From NCBI GenBank assembly GCA_040954595.2, contig CM082598.2, forward strand, positions 1,860,001 to 1,924,000: a stretch of 64,000 nt of DNA. Direction: 5' to 3'. Below, piece by piece: positions 56,801 through 64,000 of the stretch (position 1 is its first letter; the number at the start of each line of letters is the position of its first letter). A program made the translations under genes and the position numbers. A model generated the notes under the pieces. That model was not told where the DNA came from and ran no database searches. It worked only from the letters and a program-made list of their open reading frames with translations. This stretch comes from Balanoglossus misakiensis. Taxonomy: Eukaryota > Animalia > Hemichordata.

Positions 56801-59800
56801 TCTGGGGTGCCACTGACAACGAGCAGGCCAACGGCTACATTCTCCTCCTGACACCTGCAGAAGGCGGTTCATACCCCACCTACCTGCCACTGGACACTAT
56901 CACGTACACTTTCCCTGGTTTGACGCCGGGAAGGGACTATGCCATTACTGTACAGATAGCCGGACCTAACATCGGCCGAACTATCAACCAGCAAACAAGT
57001 AAGTTCATTCACTGAACAAGGCAGCTTTTACACAAAAGTTTCGCCTGTTGATTGTGCTGAGACCAATGGGAGGATATGACTTCCATAAGAAAGTACACAG
57101 TATTACACACTCATCTAATTTTTCAATTTCATTTGTACACATGTACATATGTGTGGAAAACTGATTATTTCTGCTGTGCAGACAACACGTGAGAATATGG
57201 TAACATTCTGTCCATCACATTATTTTCTATTCTTTAATTCATTTTCCATTTTGCAGAACCAAATCCACCAGGTTTTGTTGCCGTGACGTCGAAGACCCCA
57301 ACTTCTTTGAGCATCATCTGGCAGGCATCGATTGGTGAATTTGACGTTTATGAGATTTTCTACTCTGAGATCGGACGGGAGCGAATGTCGTACGCAATGG
57401 TGGATGGTGATGAGGAGACAGTCGCGACTATCAGGAATCTGATACCGAACACCGAGTATCTCATTGAAGTTGTTTCCAAGAGTGGGACTCAGAATAGTGA
57501 CTTTTCATCTGTGCAAGACACCACAGGTATGTACGCTGGTAATATATAGTTTTCCACACAATGTGAGATCTCGTGAGACTTGGTTTAATACCACAGCAAC
57601 AGGTTGCTAGCCAAGTAATACAAGTCAAGCTTTGTGTGAAACTAGAATACATGTACAGTAAACAAAAGTGACAACTTTTGTACTGTTGAACACGATGGGT
57701 CATGTGTTAATTGCTTGTCCTGTATCACATGAGAATGCCCTCCCATATAAATTGCCTAGAAACGTGAGATCTCGCAGGATCTTGTGAAGTTCTCAAAATG
57801 GTCTATTGATGGAAATCTCACTTTTTTGCAGAAATCATTCCAACTTCGCAGATTGCTTTGGTGGCAGTGACAACTGACGAGATATCCATCATGTGGGGAG
57901 GTGCCCATCCAGATACTGGCGCAACTGGCTACCTCTTGTCTATTAACCCATCACCAAGTGGACCAACTTTTGTCCCACTCAGCACCATCGAATACAGCTT
58001 CACAGGTCTGGAACCAGGTGTTCTCTACTCCATCACACTTGACGTACTAAGTGCTGACTTCAGAGGCAACTTCACTCAAAGAACAGGTACGTATACCCCC
58101 CCCCCCCCTGTGCCTCTTGTAATTGTCAAAAATTAAACCTGTTTTAATGTTTCCGCTGTTTTTCTCAAATTACAATTGAGATCTGAAGACAATGGAAATT
58201 TATGTCCACTTGGTCTAAAATAAAGGAGAAAAATGGATTAAAATGTTAAAATGATGAACCACATTTTGACAGTGAGAGAAAGTTTTAAGGAAATGCGCCT
58301 TTTGTGCATAAAATGAATATGTTCTTATGCAGTTGTATTGATTGCATCTCATTAATTTTTTTCAGAGCCCCTCGCACCAGTGTTAGTGCTAGATTTAGAG
58401 AAGACAGAAACCTCAATACAAATTGTCATAGACGTCCCAGCCACAGGTACCTTTGACAGATATGAAATATTCTATGGACGAGACCCGAATGAAGCCATCT
58501 ATTCGGGATCAATACCTTCATCTTCTGCCAATCTGGAGTATACTATTACTGGACTGGATCCTGATACAGAGTATGATATCCGAGTTCGGACTTCATCTGG
58601 AAGTGGTGATGATGTCATGACAAGCAGTGTGTTCTCCCTTACCGCTTCAACAGGTAAACATTGTTTATGTTGTTGTGTTGTGTTTTTCTGTCTTTGTTGT
58701 TTGTCGTGATAGTGCATGATGATGATGAACATGATGATAATGATGAAACTGATGGTGGTGATATCAAACCGACTAATTTTCATCTGTTTCTTCGCAAACT
58801 TCCAGTCGCTTTGGGAGCTGCAAACATCGTGGTCATCGACGTAACAACCACTTCCATCAACATCGTCTGGGGACCAAGCGATGACGGCGATGGCTACTTT
58901 GCCATTGCTGCTGCGGCGGGTGAGACACCCAAGTATGCCAGCGTGCCACAAGGAGGCTCCCCAAAGCACACATTCACTGACTTAACACCTGGTACAGTGT
59001 ATGCCATCACAGTACAGGTGACAGGAACAGCGGTGTCAAACTCTATCAGCCAGAGAACAAGTAAGTCCCTGTTGAAGGTTCAGACACTTTGCGAAGTTTT
59101 GATGTAATCATTAATAGTCTCTGTGTAAAGGAATGACATTCAGCCACTTTAACCCAGTTATGTAGACTAAGATGAATTCAATGGATCTCTCCCTCACACA
59201 GGACCTGAAGCACCATCAACAATTGCTGTGCTGGACGACCAGACAACAACAACAAGTATCACTGTCGTCTGGGGTCCACCAATCGGGGACTTCGACAACT
59301 ACGAAGTGACGTACACCGACCCAGAAGACGTGGAACATCTGGTTGAGGTTGTCGCCAAGGACATCGTCCAGTCGACGATCGAGGGACTGGCCCATTCCAC
59401 TACCTACACTGTTTCCGTGGTGACAAAGATCGGCTCTGGTGAAAACGAGATCAGGAGTACACCAATCTCTGTCCAAGTCTCCACTGGTAAGCTATAAATC
59501 CTGCAAGATACTTTTGTATGTGTTTACAAAGTCAGGAGAGACTAAATCTTGATGGGTTTTTTTGTACCATCTATGCATACATGCAGTTATGTGCATTGGA
59601 GCTAATTAATTTACATGTTTAACAGTAGACCTGTGGATAACTTGTTATTTGTAATGTTGAAAATCATTCAAAAAATGTCTTTGACATACATGTAAATGCA
59701 CTATTGCATGTGACTATCTCAGCCTAGTTAAACCATCAATTTCTTTCTCAACCTACAGCTGCCATCCAACCAGGAGAAATCATTGTACGGGAAGTCACCA

Positions 59801-62800
59801 CCACCCGGATTTCAATCCAGTGGGGTCCCGCTGCCATTCCGACAGTTGGTTACCTGGTCACACATGATGAAAATGAAACTCCGATCTTCACGTCAGGGAC
59901 TGAATTCATATTCTCAAATCTTGTGCCAGGCGAGGAATATGAAATCTCTGTCACACCGATAGCAGACAACAACCTGCGAACAAGTATTCTACAGCGAACT
60001 AGTAAGTTGAACAGTATCTGTGCTTATACAATTTGGCCTTTCATAAATACAGCTCGCTAGAAACTGTGAACATTATCAACTTGAAAACAGTCTTAGAAGA
60101 CATACAGCGACGAAGTGTTCATAATTTTTTTTCATGTTTTTTCTCCAACAGAACCTGTCAGTCCAGGCGCGGTCAGCGTTGTTCCAAACGACATCACACC
60201 CACAGCCATCCCAATTTCGTGGGTTGCCGCGGATGGTGTCGTCGAGGGATACAGAGTTTCCTACGTCGCCGAGGACAACACAGAAACTGTGTTCGACACT
60301 GTGGCACCCGACGTGCTGTCTGTTACCATGACTGGATTGCAACCAGGAGAAACCTATGAAATAAGAGTCGTCACGGTTGTGGATGGAGTGACCAGCGAAC
60401 CTTCAACAACTGAAGTCTCAACCAGTAATGTCACATACTTCTCTTACAAGAATTCTATACCATTCTATGTTTTTTTGTCATTTCAAAACATGCAATATAA
60501 TTCTATAGCATTCCATAGATTTTGTCATTTCTATAGAATTGCATCTCCTGAGGGAAATCACCACTTATTTTACATGCATCATCAATATGCGTAAATACCA
60601 TTTTCTTCTGGGAATTCCAAACTGAAATGATGCTGTATTTTCAAAATGTGGATTTAAAATTCATGGAAGTAAACTTGTCTTCTTCTTTTCTAAACAGCTG
60701 CTTTGCAACCAGTCGAAATTGCCATCATTGAATTTGACTCTACGTCCATCTCGATAACTTGGGGGCCAACTGACGAGCCATTGGCTGAAAATTACGTCAT
60801 CATCGCGACATCATTTGGTACGGACACCAGGGCGGTGACGCAGGCGGTTGGAGAAACAACTCTGTATGAATTCACCGACCTGATCCCTGGACGGCTGTAC
60901 ACTATTACTGTACAAGTCACCAACAATGAGGGCAACCTTGATGAACAGTCCATCACACAGCGAACTGGTGAGTTTCATTTATATACCCTGCCTTCACGAT
61001 AGTATGGTCTGATTCTGTGCTTCATGTCCTGTATTTGGGCCTCACAACTATAGATTTTGGGGGTGTGAGGTTCAGCTAGGAACTGAATACGAGTCAGATG
61101 CCAAGCGGATGATACGAGATGTGAAAATTCTCTCTCATCTATTTTTTATGATTGACTTTTGTTGTTGCTGTGTTAAACCTCCAGTACCCCTGCCAGTGGA
61201 GATCATCATCTTCTTGTCAGCGACATCAACTAGTATCAATCTGGCCTGGGATCCACCATCCACCAGTTATTACGATGGATTTGAAGTCTATTACTCCACG
61301 GGAGGTGACCCCCCAGCACTTGCTGCAACTCTCGGACAAGACGATGTCACGTACAATGTGGAAAGATTGAGCGAGGCGACAACGTATAGGGTAGATATTG
61401 TCACTATTGCTGGAAGTGGCACTGATCTTTTGAAGAGTTCTCCCAGAAGTACTCAACAGTCTACATGTAAGTTTCTATCACTTAGAAGTCCATTGGCGGT
61501 AGATCAAAGTGGTGTTATGAATTCTTCTTCAATTGATCTAGCTTACTGTGCGGACCAATTCTACTAAGTGCCATGGAACATATATTTTTCTTGGATTCTG
61601 GCACTTTTTAAATAATGTATGATTGATTGATTGATTGATTGACTGATTGACTGACTGACTGACTAACTGACTGACTGACTGACTGACTGATTGGTTGATT
61701 GATTGATTGATTGATCTGAAAAATCTGAATCTCCAATGAATGCAAAATTTCACTGTATAAAGCTTATCCTGGACTCCTTTATTTATTACCAAATATTTTT
61801 CTCCTTACAGTAACAACTATATTACGCGTGATTACATCCACAAGTAACTTCATCTTTGTGCAATGGATAGAGCAGACATTGAACTTCGAGTATTACACTT
61901 TGACTTATGAACCTGGTAACGGTTCCCCGCCATCCCCGATTACCAACATCCCGCCCAGTCAGCTGACTCAGAACATCGTGGGTCTTATGCCGGGCGAGGA
62001 ATACACTTTGACGCTGTCCGTCTTCAATAATGGTGTTGCCACCAGTTTGGACTCTGTGAAACGAAGAACGGGTAAGCCGAATGATATTATTGCTTACTGG
62101 TGAATGAAGAATATTAAGGCTCGTCTTATGTTTATTTGTGTATCTACTACAGTTTCATGATAGCTTATCAACACAGCCTATATGTGTATAGTCAACATTG
62201 TTATTATTAAAAATTTGAATTTGAAATGTAAAATAAACAGTGTGATGCTTTTAGCAGAATTCAAGCAACACAAGTTTCTGGTTGAGATTCTAATAAAAAT
62301 TTATTAAAGTTCTTGAGCTTTGTTCATCTTCAAGTCTCATAATTATTTTCACCTGTGTTTTTGCAGATCCACTGTCACCAGGACCAGTGACTGTTGAAGA
62401 CTTTGGCGCCGACTTCATTGAAGTCAGCTGGGCAGACCCCAGCAGCGAAACGCTGTTTGATCACTACGAAATCACGTACACCCCTGCAGGTGGCAGGACC
62501 CCCCAGCCCCTGCTGAGACCCAGAGTCCTTGACAACAGGGTGAGACTCGAAGGCCTGAATCCAAGTGAGCTGTACACCGTTAGTATCGTCACGGTGAGCG
62601 GTGACAGCGAGTCGGAGAAGAAGAGCACAGTGCCTTCCAGGGCAACGCAGTTGACAGGTAATCGAACTCAAAACCATTCACACTAGTGCTACTACAATCA
62701 GTACTGATATAAAGATCCCTATTTAACGATATTACCATGTCTTACTGCTGTTATTACCACTAGCCTTACATAAAATATTCTATAGATCTTTATAGCATTC

Positions 62801-63985
62801 TATTAATTTTAACACAGTCTGCTATAGAATTCAATAGAAAACTTGTAGAAAACTTCTTTAAATATCTATAGATATTAATAGACATTTTAGAAACTTCACT
62901 AGAAATTCTGTATGAAATTCTATAGATATCTATAGAAAGTTTTTTGTCAGGTTACCACGTCTCTGTCTTTTGAATTCTATAGCATAGTAAACATGTTTGC
63001 TTTTGTATGTTTTAATTCTCAGTTGTGTTATTTTACTTGCTTTTGTAGCTCCTGGAAACGAAGGACAAATCATAGTAAAAGAAGTAACCCACGACACCAT
63101 CCGTATTACTTGGGTACGCGTCAATACAGCAACTTCATACACGGTTGCTCACGGTTTGACGGGCGGGACGGAGACCTCCAGCAACACTGGTGCATTGGAA
63201 ATGACCTTTGAGCAACTGCTTGCTGGAAGAGAATACGCAATCAGTGTTACTAGTAACACTGGTGTTGTCAACAACATCGTTCAAGTTACAAGTAAGTTAT
63301 AAATTTATTAGTTGTAAACTAGAGTTTGACAGCGCTCTATTTGGTACAAAGGCATAAGCTTTCAAAGACATGTATAAGTCTCCTTCATCAGATGCAAGGA
63401 CTACTAACCTTCTGCATGTATCTGATGAAGGAGACAACATGTCTTTGAAAGCTCATGTCTTTGCACCAATTAGTTGAGCTGTCAAACTCTAGTATATGTT
63501 GTATTGAAGATCAGCACGACTGCACTACTATTTGTTAATTGTGACTAAAGTTAAAACTATTTGAAAGTGTTTCTGAGTTGAGATGCTTCAGTGGTATTTT
63601 CAGATGCAATGAAGATGGTATTTCTATTTTATGAGTGCATGAGGAGAAACATCTAAAGATTGTTCAGTGAATAATCATTGCTTGCTACCTTAATTTTCAG
63701 TTCCCTATGCTCCGGAGAATGTAGCAGTGCAGTTCGTCACATCTCGTATCATCCGCCTGGAATGGAGTCCTGTCACCCAGGGCAACTTTGATGCCTATGA
63801 AGTGACGTATTACCCGACCAATGGACAAACAGAGTCGCCCACCTACGTCGTTCCACAGGGAAATCCAGAAACTTCGCTGGAGGGTCTAATGCCAGAGACA
63901 GAGTACACCATATTTGTAGCAACAGTCAGCGGTAGCAGTGGAAACCAAGTCCGCAGTGAAGCCACCATGTTGACAGCAACGACAG
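12439..63985 (+). CDS. Giant secreted or cell-surface fibronectin type III tandem-array protein (signal peptide plus at least 71 FN3 domains, about 6,450 aa in window; 3' end beyond window). Repeats resemble R3 receptor tyrosine phosphatase (PTPRB/Ptp10D-like) or tenascin-type FN3
   Basis: Exon 1 at 12439-12495 (MQWQTTLLNTLATFALLWA|gtaagt) splices in phase 0 to 22707 (VTHCQETVENL...), completing a signal peptide. FN3 exons, all GT-AG with phase-1 3' ends and no stops: 22707-22998, 24296-24547, 25182-25460, 25758-26012, 26410-26676, 27088-27339, 27665-27946, 28281-28541, 28734-29009, 29419-29667, 29840-30121, 30338-30598, 31027-31317, 31689-31949, 32304-32588, 32963-33232, 33566-33847, 34092-34355, 34661-34939, 35299-35568, 35808-36083, 36551-36832, 37143-37430, 37629-37898, 38086-38367, 38534-38803, 39198-39467, 40435-40680, 41005-41301, 41669-41944, 42269-42559, 42935-43213, 43562-43846, 44299-44571, 44848-45120, 45502-45765, 46129-46410, 46719-46979, 47241-47513, 47711-47971, 48201-48473, 48608-48865, 49098-49385, 49590-49856, 50014-50295, 50518-50778, 51019-51300, 51516-51779, 52132-52410, 52796-53068, 53485-53766, 53903-54160, 54408-54686, 54923-55183, 55376-55654, 55925-56179, 56316-56597, 56741-56998, 57257-57526, 57832-58086, 58366-58653, 58806-59060, 59202-59486, 59759-60001, 60152-60424, 60698-60967, 61185-61466, 61811-62071, 62367-62657, 63049-63291, 63701-63985. 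Nearly every exon shows the FN3 hallmarks: a strand-B Trp (Phe in a few), a strand-C Tyr, and the L.P.T/G.Y tyrosine corner. Confidence 0.92.
15229..15306. mobile_element. Short palindromic MITE-like element
   Basis: agtctagaatccagacttgtatttttcgct ... agcgaaaaacacgggtctgggttatagact form imperfect 30-bp inverted arms. Confidence 0.5.
15741..16919 (+). CDS. LINE ORF1 (nucleic-acid-binding, Gag-like) protein, 392 aa
   Basis: It has an N-terminal CxxC...CxxC (CEDC...CNTC), a conserved-looking INELLCFIVNKMD block, and a coiled-coil (LMTELKSLRREMAQMK). The C-terminal RRM-like domain FFVTRFAP...YSSFVV...WPDGILIRRY is typical of CR1/L2-group ORF1. Confidence 0.8.
   Translation: MPLTCEDCGECSSRVSLCQGDMHLCNTCNKKRFGGSNGSTADGGSGRSRISDSGVVINELLCFIVNKMDVLTTDLLVKLCCDQFNDGEVETAKRTLFELCCNDPGRMIKRQGQNKRFNNLMDMVKLLHEVDIEDLPCFVAKDLAKLPPIDTSHIDVSTLMTELKSLRREMAQMKDTVVRSEVTDFASELSLLRQEICEVKNCVDNLQKGGVESDVVSQVAQCEPPRPAVCEPLDPHCSLNKDPHTSSYADIVQSRVSAVKAKRPVQSDRPSTKVSEIQSGNGEEEFTVVSRRPKRRPQAVFGTAKLSDDSAIKSVRPNPPFKFFVTRFAPTTTSDAVISYIKKRSHVTVKCEQLKTKYDTYSSFVVETTREFAEKIRDPAMWPDGILIRRYY
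16928..19741 (+). CDS. LINE ORF2: apurinic-like endonuclease plus reverse transcriptase, 937 aa
   Basis: APE motifs: TYNCRG, VQEHWL, GGVAI, ILGDFNA, LDHIL, SDHFPL. RT motifs: NYRPIA, QFGFK, DATKAFDRV, GVRQGSILSP, HLFYADDLVL, KYLG. No stops or frameshifts. Confidence 0.96.
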   Translation: MTLRLSTYNCRGIKSSVDSIMSLCNDHDVILVQEHWLTEAELPLLSSIHKDFNACGISAIQDDCGIRIGRPFGGVAIMWRKSLGQNFSIKYLDDTRLLGADIVTSSGKLFILCAYLPTCSGENYDTYMNYLAKINCIINDIDTTNVIILGDFNANFGTIFARELDIFCKEHNLYISDVEKLGRCNDNFTFVSDAHGSTGWLDHILSTHAVHNAISSIGILYDYVSSDHFPLSVNIDIVGLVHTDPIPQNVTNAHAKPNWSKATPRNLSAYEHMTECLLRRLDIPNVALVCRDPNCKNIDHISSLNSLYSNIVTSLKSAALNCIPASKAEGLGFKTVPGWNEHVRDFHNAARDAFKLWAANGRPRFGPLFDLMRRTRAKFKSVLRACRRDENLARAQALAKNLTQGGTRKFWQSVHTTRGCLSSLPTSVGGCTGHENVADMWKQHYESLLNSVSNCRDRAFVLSSLNETGSHNNAMVVTAMELKGCIDKLEKGKALGYDGLGAEHLMYASPIICVMLSLCFTSFFTHGYLPETLMHAIICPIVKDKSKDLTSVDNYRPIAIVTAISKVLELCILSRIDSLLDTSNLQFGFKSNHSTDMCIFVLKEIVDFYKRHNTPVYLCFMDATKAFDRVNHWTLFRKLINCKIPLFIIRILQYWYSNQCFSVRWASVISNSFSVINGVRQGSILSPKLFAIYVNDLSGQLQSAGVGCFLANTIVNHLFYADDLVLICPSVKALQKLSNICELYGNEHDIIFHTAKTECMAIFPKSWKAHRIPCVYLYGKPLKYVCTKKYLGYIMSSSGMDDADMQRQLRCFYARANFILRNFGHCSYKVKCTLFKSFLYSVYCLNVWCNYSVKQMSTLKVAYNNALRLIFNLKRDVSISHNFVSRNILNFTSLHRKLVFSFCQRLQKSGNPVIRSCIQTDCYFLSTFWGHCRVVLH
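21074..21112. mobile_element. 39-bp internally deleted derivative of the 36139-36484 MITE family
   Basis: ttaa|agggacaaagtctc-gctgcgagaga-gagactttgtccct|ttaa: perfect 14-bp inverted ends matching the longer copy. Confidence 0.65.
22964..23210 (+). repeat. Tandem duplication of the end of FN3 exon 2, its splice donor and adjacent intron
   Basis: cgtatctgtgaatgtgactacagttagtgattcag|gtaagagattt... is repeated at about 23099 as cgtatctgtaaatgtgactacactgagtgattcag|gtaagagattt... Confidence 0.85.
25511..25640. repeat. About 31-bp minisatellite carrying tagccaatc (4 units); similar ccaatca repeats at about 23745-23860
   Basis: tagccaatcatagtgccagagag / tagccaatcattgcaacagagaa / tagccaatcgttgcatcagaaag / tagccaatcattgcgtcagagaa. 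Confidence 0.7.
27432..27616. mobile_element. MITE with TTAA flanks (Kolobok-like); related copies at 4588-4766 and 35043-35225
   Basis: ttaa|aggtatacggtcacct ... aggtgactgtatacct|ttaa. The copies share the internal motif ccaatcac(a/g)gattttcagtgg. TTAA flanks with RR..YY termini are the known Kolobok pattern. Confidence 0.7.
30652..30730. mobile_element. Short palindromic MITE; second copy at 45863-45940
   Basis: gggccatcccaagca...ggggtcttatgg-(gagcgcgatacttatga)-ccataagacccc...tgcttgggatggccc. A near-identical sequence lies in another intron. Confidence 0.65.
31339..31504. repeat. Dispersed intronic repeat rich in TCTATAGA palindromes with ccttacaaa/tttgtaagg-like ends; relatives near 30864-30958, 38815-39000, 41345-41520, 55680-55760, 60445-60555, 62764-62985
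   Basis: Repeated (t/a)tctatag(a/c) units lie between short inverted ends in many introns. Confidence 0.55.
31986..32164. mobile_element. Tc1/mariner-pogo type MITE
   Basis: TA|CAGTCAAACCT ... AGTTCGACTG|TA with internal (a/t)agtggccac repeats. TA duplication with CAGT ends is the pogo/Tigger pattern. Confidence 0.65.
32630..32882. repeat. (TATG)n microsatellite interrupted by the hammerhead-bearing insert
   Basis: tatgtatg runs at about 32632-32661 and 32753-32882 flank a non-repetitive segment of about 90 bp. Confidence 0.9.
32671..32717 (+). ncRNA. Type I hammerhead ribozyme motif in an intron of the FN3 gene
   Basis: TCTC-CTGATGA-GTGAGTC(CAGT)GACTCAC-GAAA-CAACGTTG-TA^GAGA. The core CUGAUGA/GAAA is complete, stem II is a perfect 7 bp, stem III is the palindrome ACAACGTTGT, the cleavage triplet is GUA (32711-32713), and stem I is TCTC/GAGA. 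Confidence 0.85.
35043..35225. mobile_element. Copy of the Kolobok-like MITE
   Basis: ttaa|aggtgtactgtcacct ... aggtgactttatacct. It is colinear with 27432-27616. Confidence 0.65.
36139..36484. mobile_element. Fold-back MITE with TTAA flanks and about 125-bp imperfect terminal inverted repeats (second Kolobok-like family)
   Basis: ttaa|agagacaaagtctctctc ... gagagagaccttgtccct|ttaa. Inner arms are acatgtggatatatagtgaat...aacttccatccc / gggatggaagtt...attcactatatatccacatgt. Confidence 0.7.
39684..40355. mobile_element. Non-autonomous DNA element with a terminal 144-bp hairpin plus a split 13-bp inverted repeat
   Basis: 39684-39827 folds on itself (aggggttattacacggattttggtcgataacgcg / cgcgttatcgaccaaaatccgtgtaataacccct). 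ttatcatacatgc (39828-39840) is the reverse complement of gcatgtatgataa (40343-40355). An internal direct repeat gtgtaataccgtaaaatatc occurs twice. Confidence 0.7.
45139..45481. repeat. Near-perfect 171-bp tandem duplication inside intron 45121-45501
   Basis: ttctctttatagatctccgaatgacattc...ccatggtgataa starts at 45139 and again at 45310. One mismatch was seen (gttcttttgc vs gttgttttgc). Confidence 0.9.
45863..45940. mobile_element. Second copy of the short palindromic MITE
   Basis: gggccatcctaag...ggggtcttatgggagtgcgatacttatgaccataagaccc...cttgggatggcc. Confidence 0.65.
46455..46620. repeat. Compound tetranucleotide microsatellite (GATT/GGTT/GACT)n
   Basis: Direct reading: gattgattggttggttg...gactgactgactga. 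Confidence 0.9.
61618..61714. repeat. Compound tetranucleotide microsatellite (GATT/GACT)n
   Basis: Direct reading: gattgattgattg...gactgactgact...gattgattga. Confidence 0.9.
63318..63493. mobile_element. Inverted-repeat element made of two oppositely oriented minimal hammerhead motifs; likely Penelope-like or retrozyme-derived
   Basis: The arms actagagtttgacagc...tccttcatcagat and atctgatgaaggagac...gctgtcaaactctagt are near reverse complements. Each reads CTGATGA-A-GGAGAC...GTCTTT-GAAA-GC-T(C/T)-ATG on its own strand. Confidence 0.7.
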
Positions 63986-64000
63986 GTTTGCAACTTTTTT

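Noticed and set aside
22707-63985. Naming the FN3 gene as fibronectin, tenascin-X or PTPRB
   Set aside because: No FN1/FN2 or EGF repeats follow the signal peptide, I saw no RGD motif, and the diagnostic C-terminus is outside the window. No symbol was assigned.
22707-63985. Reading the many short + strand ORFs as separate genes or as a CRISPR-like array
   Set aside because: Each is bounded by AG/GT sites in the same phase and lacks its own start and stop. They are exons of one gene, and there are no identical nucleotide repeats with spacers.

Overview
AT-rich, intron-containing animal genomic DNA. The gene content (Link modules, a divergent nicotinic-type subunit, Kolobok-like MITEs) suggests an invertebrate deuterostome, but this is inference only. 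There are three host genes. (1) The 3' part of a non-alpha Cys-loop (nicotinic-type) receptor subunit, + strand, 254-2712. (2) A complete 5-exon gene on the - strand, 5009-7211, for a 248-aa secreted protein with two Link (Xlink) modules. (3) Head-to-head with it, a giant + strand gene with a signal-peptide exon at 12439-12495 followed by 71 consecutive exons that each encode one fibronectin type III (FN3) domain. These span 22707-63985, encode about 6,450 aa, and the gene is still open at the window end. After the first domain, the FN3 exons alternate strictly between two sequence classes, giving 35 pairs. Intron 1 of the FN3 gene holds an apparently intact two-ORF LINE of the CR1/L2 group. 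Other introns hold a canonical type I hammerhead ribozyme (32671-32717), an inverted pair of minimal Penelope-type hammerheads (63318-63493), several MITE families, tandem duplications and microsatellites. Exon boundaries were read by eye from GT-AG sites and checked for reading frame. No database searches were run.
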